From: Candidatus Latescibacterota bacterium
Lineage (GTDB): Bacteria; Latescibacterota; UBA2968; UBA8231
Assembly: GCA_964291625.2 (NCBI GenBank)
Contig: OZ220089.1
Location: forward strand, 4,000,001 to 4,064,000
DNA length: 64,000 nt
Reading direction: 5' to 3'
Every line of letters begins with the position of its first letter. The first letter of the stretch is position 1. The translations under genes were made by a program, and so were the position numbers. Below the pieces are notes generated by a model. That model was not told the origin of the DNA, searched no databases, and saw nothing but the letters and a program-made list of their open reading frames with translations. Of the stretch, positions 63,713 to 64,000 are shown piece after piece.

Positions 63713-63840
63713 CTTCGCCGTGGCGCGATCATCACACCGCCCGTCGGAAGGGCGAGCCCCCTGCCGCAAGCGCCAATCAATAGCCTCTCAGTTCAGGAAA
63801 GTAGTTGCCGAGCAACAAGAAAAACAGGAAGAGCGGGTCT

Positions 63841-64000
63841 ATGCAACGATACTATTCGACTGAGCAGTCATACAATAAGATCTATGTATGCGAGGCATTA
63901 CCGGATGGTGACCTATCAACAGGAATTCAGTTAGCGAGGGACACCCTAAGACCCCTCTGTGATGTGAAAGGGGTTGGCTTAGAAGCCTGCAGAATTGGGG
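63841..64000 (+). CDS. Low-GC hypothetical protein, 3'-partial
   Basis: ATG at 63841 after a purine-rich stretch; open to the window end (MQRYYSTEQSYNKIYVCEALPDGDLSTGIQLARDTLRPLC...). Confidence 0.5.
   Translation, partial: MQRYYSTEQSYNKIYVCEALPDGDLSTGIQLARDTLRPLCDVKGVGLEACRIG

Noticed and set aside
1-64000. rRNA, tRNA, riboswitches, IS elements and intrinsic terminators
   Set aside because: None could be supported by eye. A covariance-model search would be needed to exclude small RNAs.

Overview
High-GC bacterial chromosomal region with about 55 genes. No rRNA, tRNA, CRISPR array, integrase or transposase was recognised. Eukaryote-like repeat proteins (YWTD, LRR, WD40), FlgD-like 'YPNPF' C-terminal domains, a sulfatase, an Asp-box protein and several PhyH/enolase/Gfo enzymes suggest an FCB-group organism such as Ca. 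Latescibacterota, perhaps host- or sponge-associated (inference only). The window holds secreted proteins, pbpC, rpmG, catabolic operons (2-oxoacid dehydrogenase E1/E2, PfkB, nitrilase, sulfatase, D-aminoacylase), a DUF1998 helicase-exonuclease fusion, cstA, peptidases and many intact or decayed toxin-antitoxin modules. Most notable: (1) at least four integrase-free insertions in which an intact gene is followed by cargo and then a diverged second copy of its own 3' end; (2) five secreted proteins from three families ending in a T-x(4-5)-[ST]WGxxK tail, a candidate secretion or sorting signal; (3) a 14-repeat WD40 gene with an in-frame TAG at a hypervariable codon; (4) an 81-bp x ~10 tandem repeat that multiplies an in-frame start-codon region.
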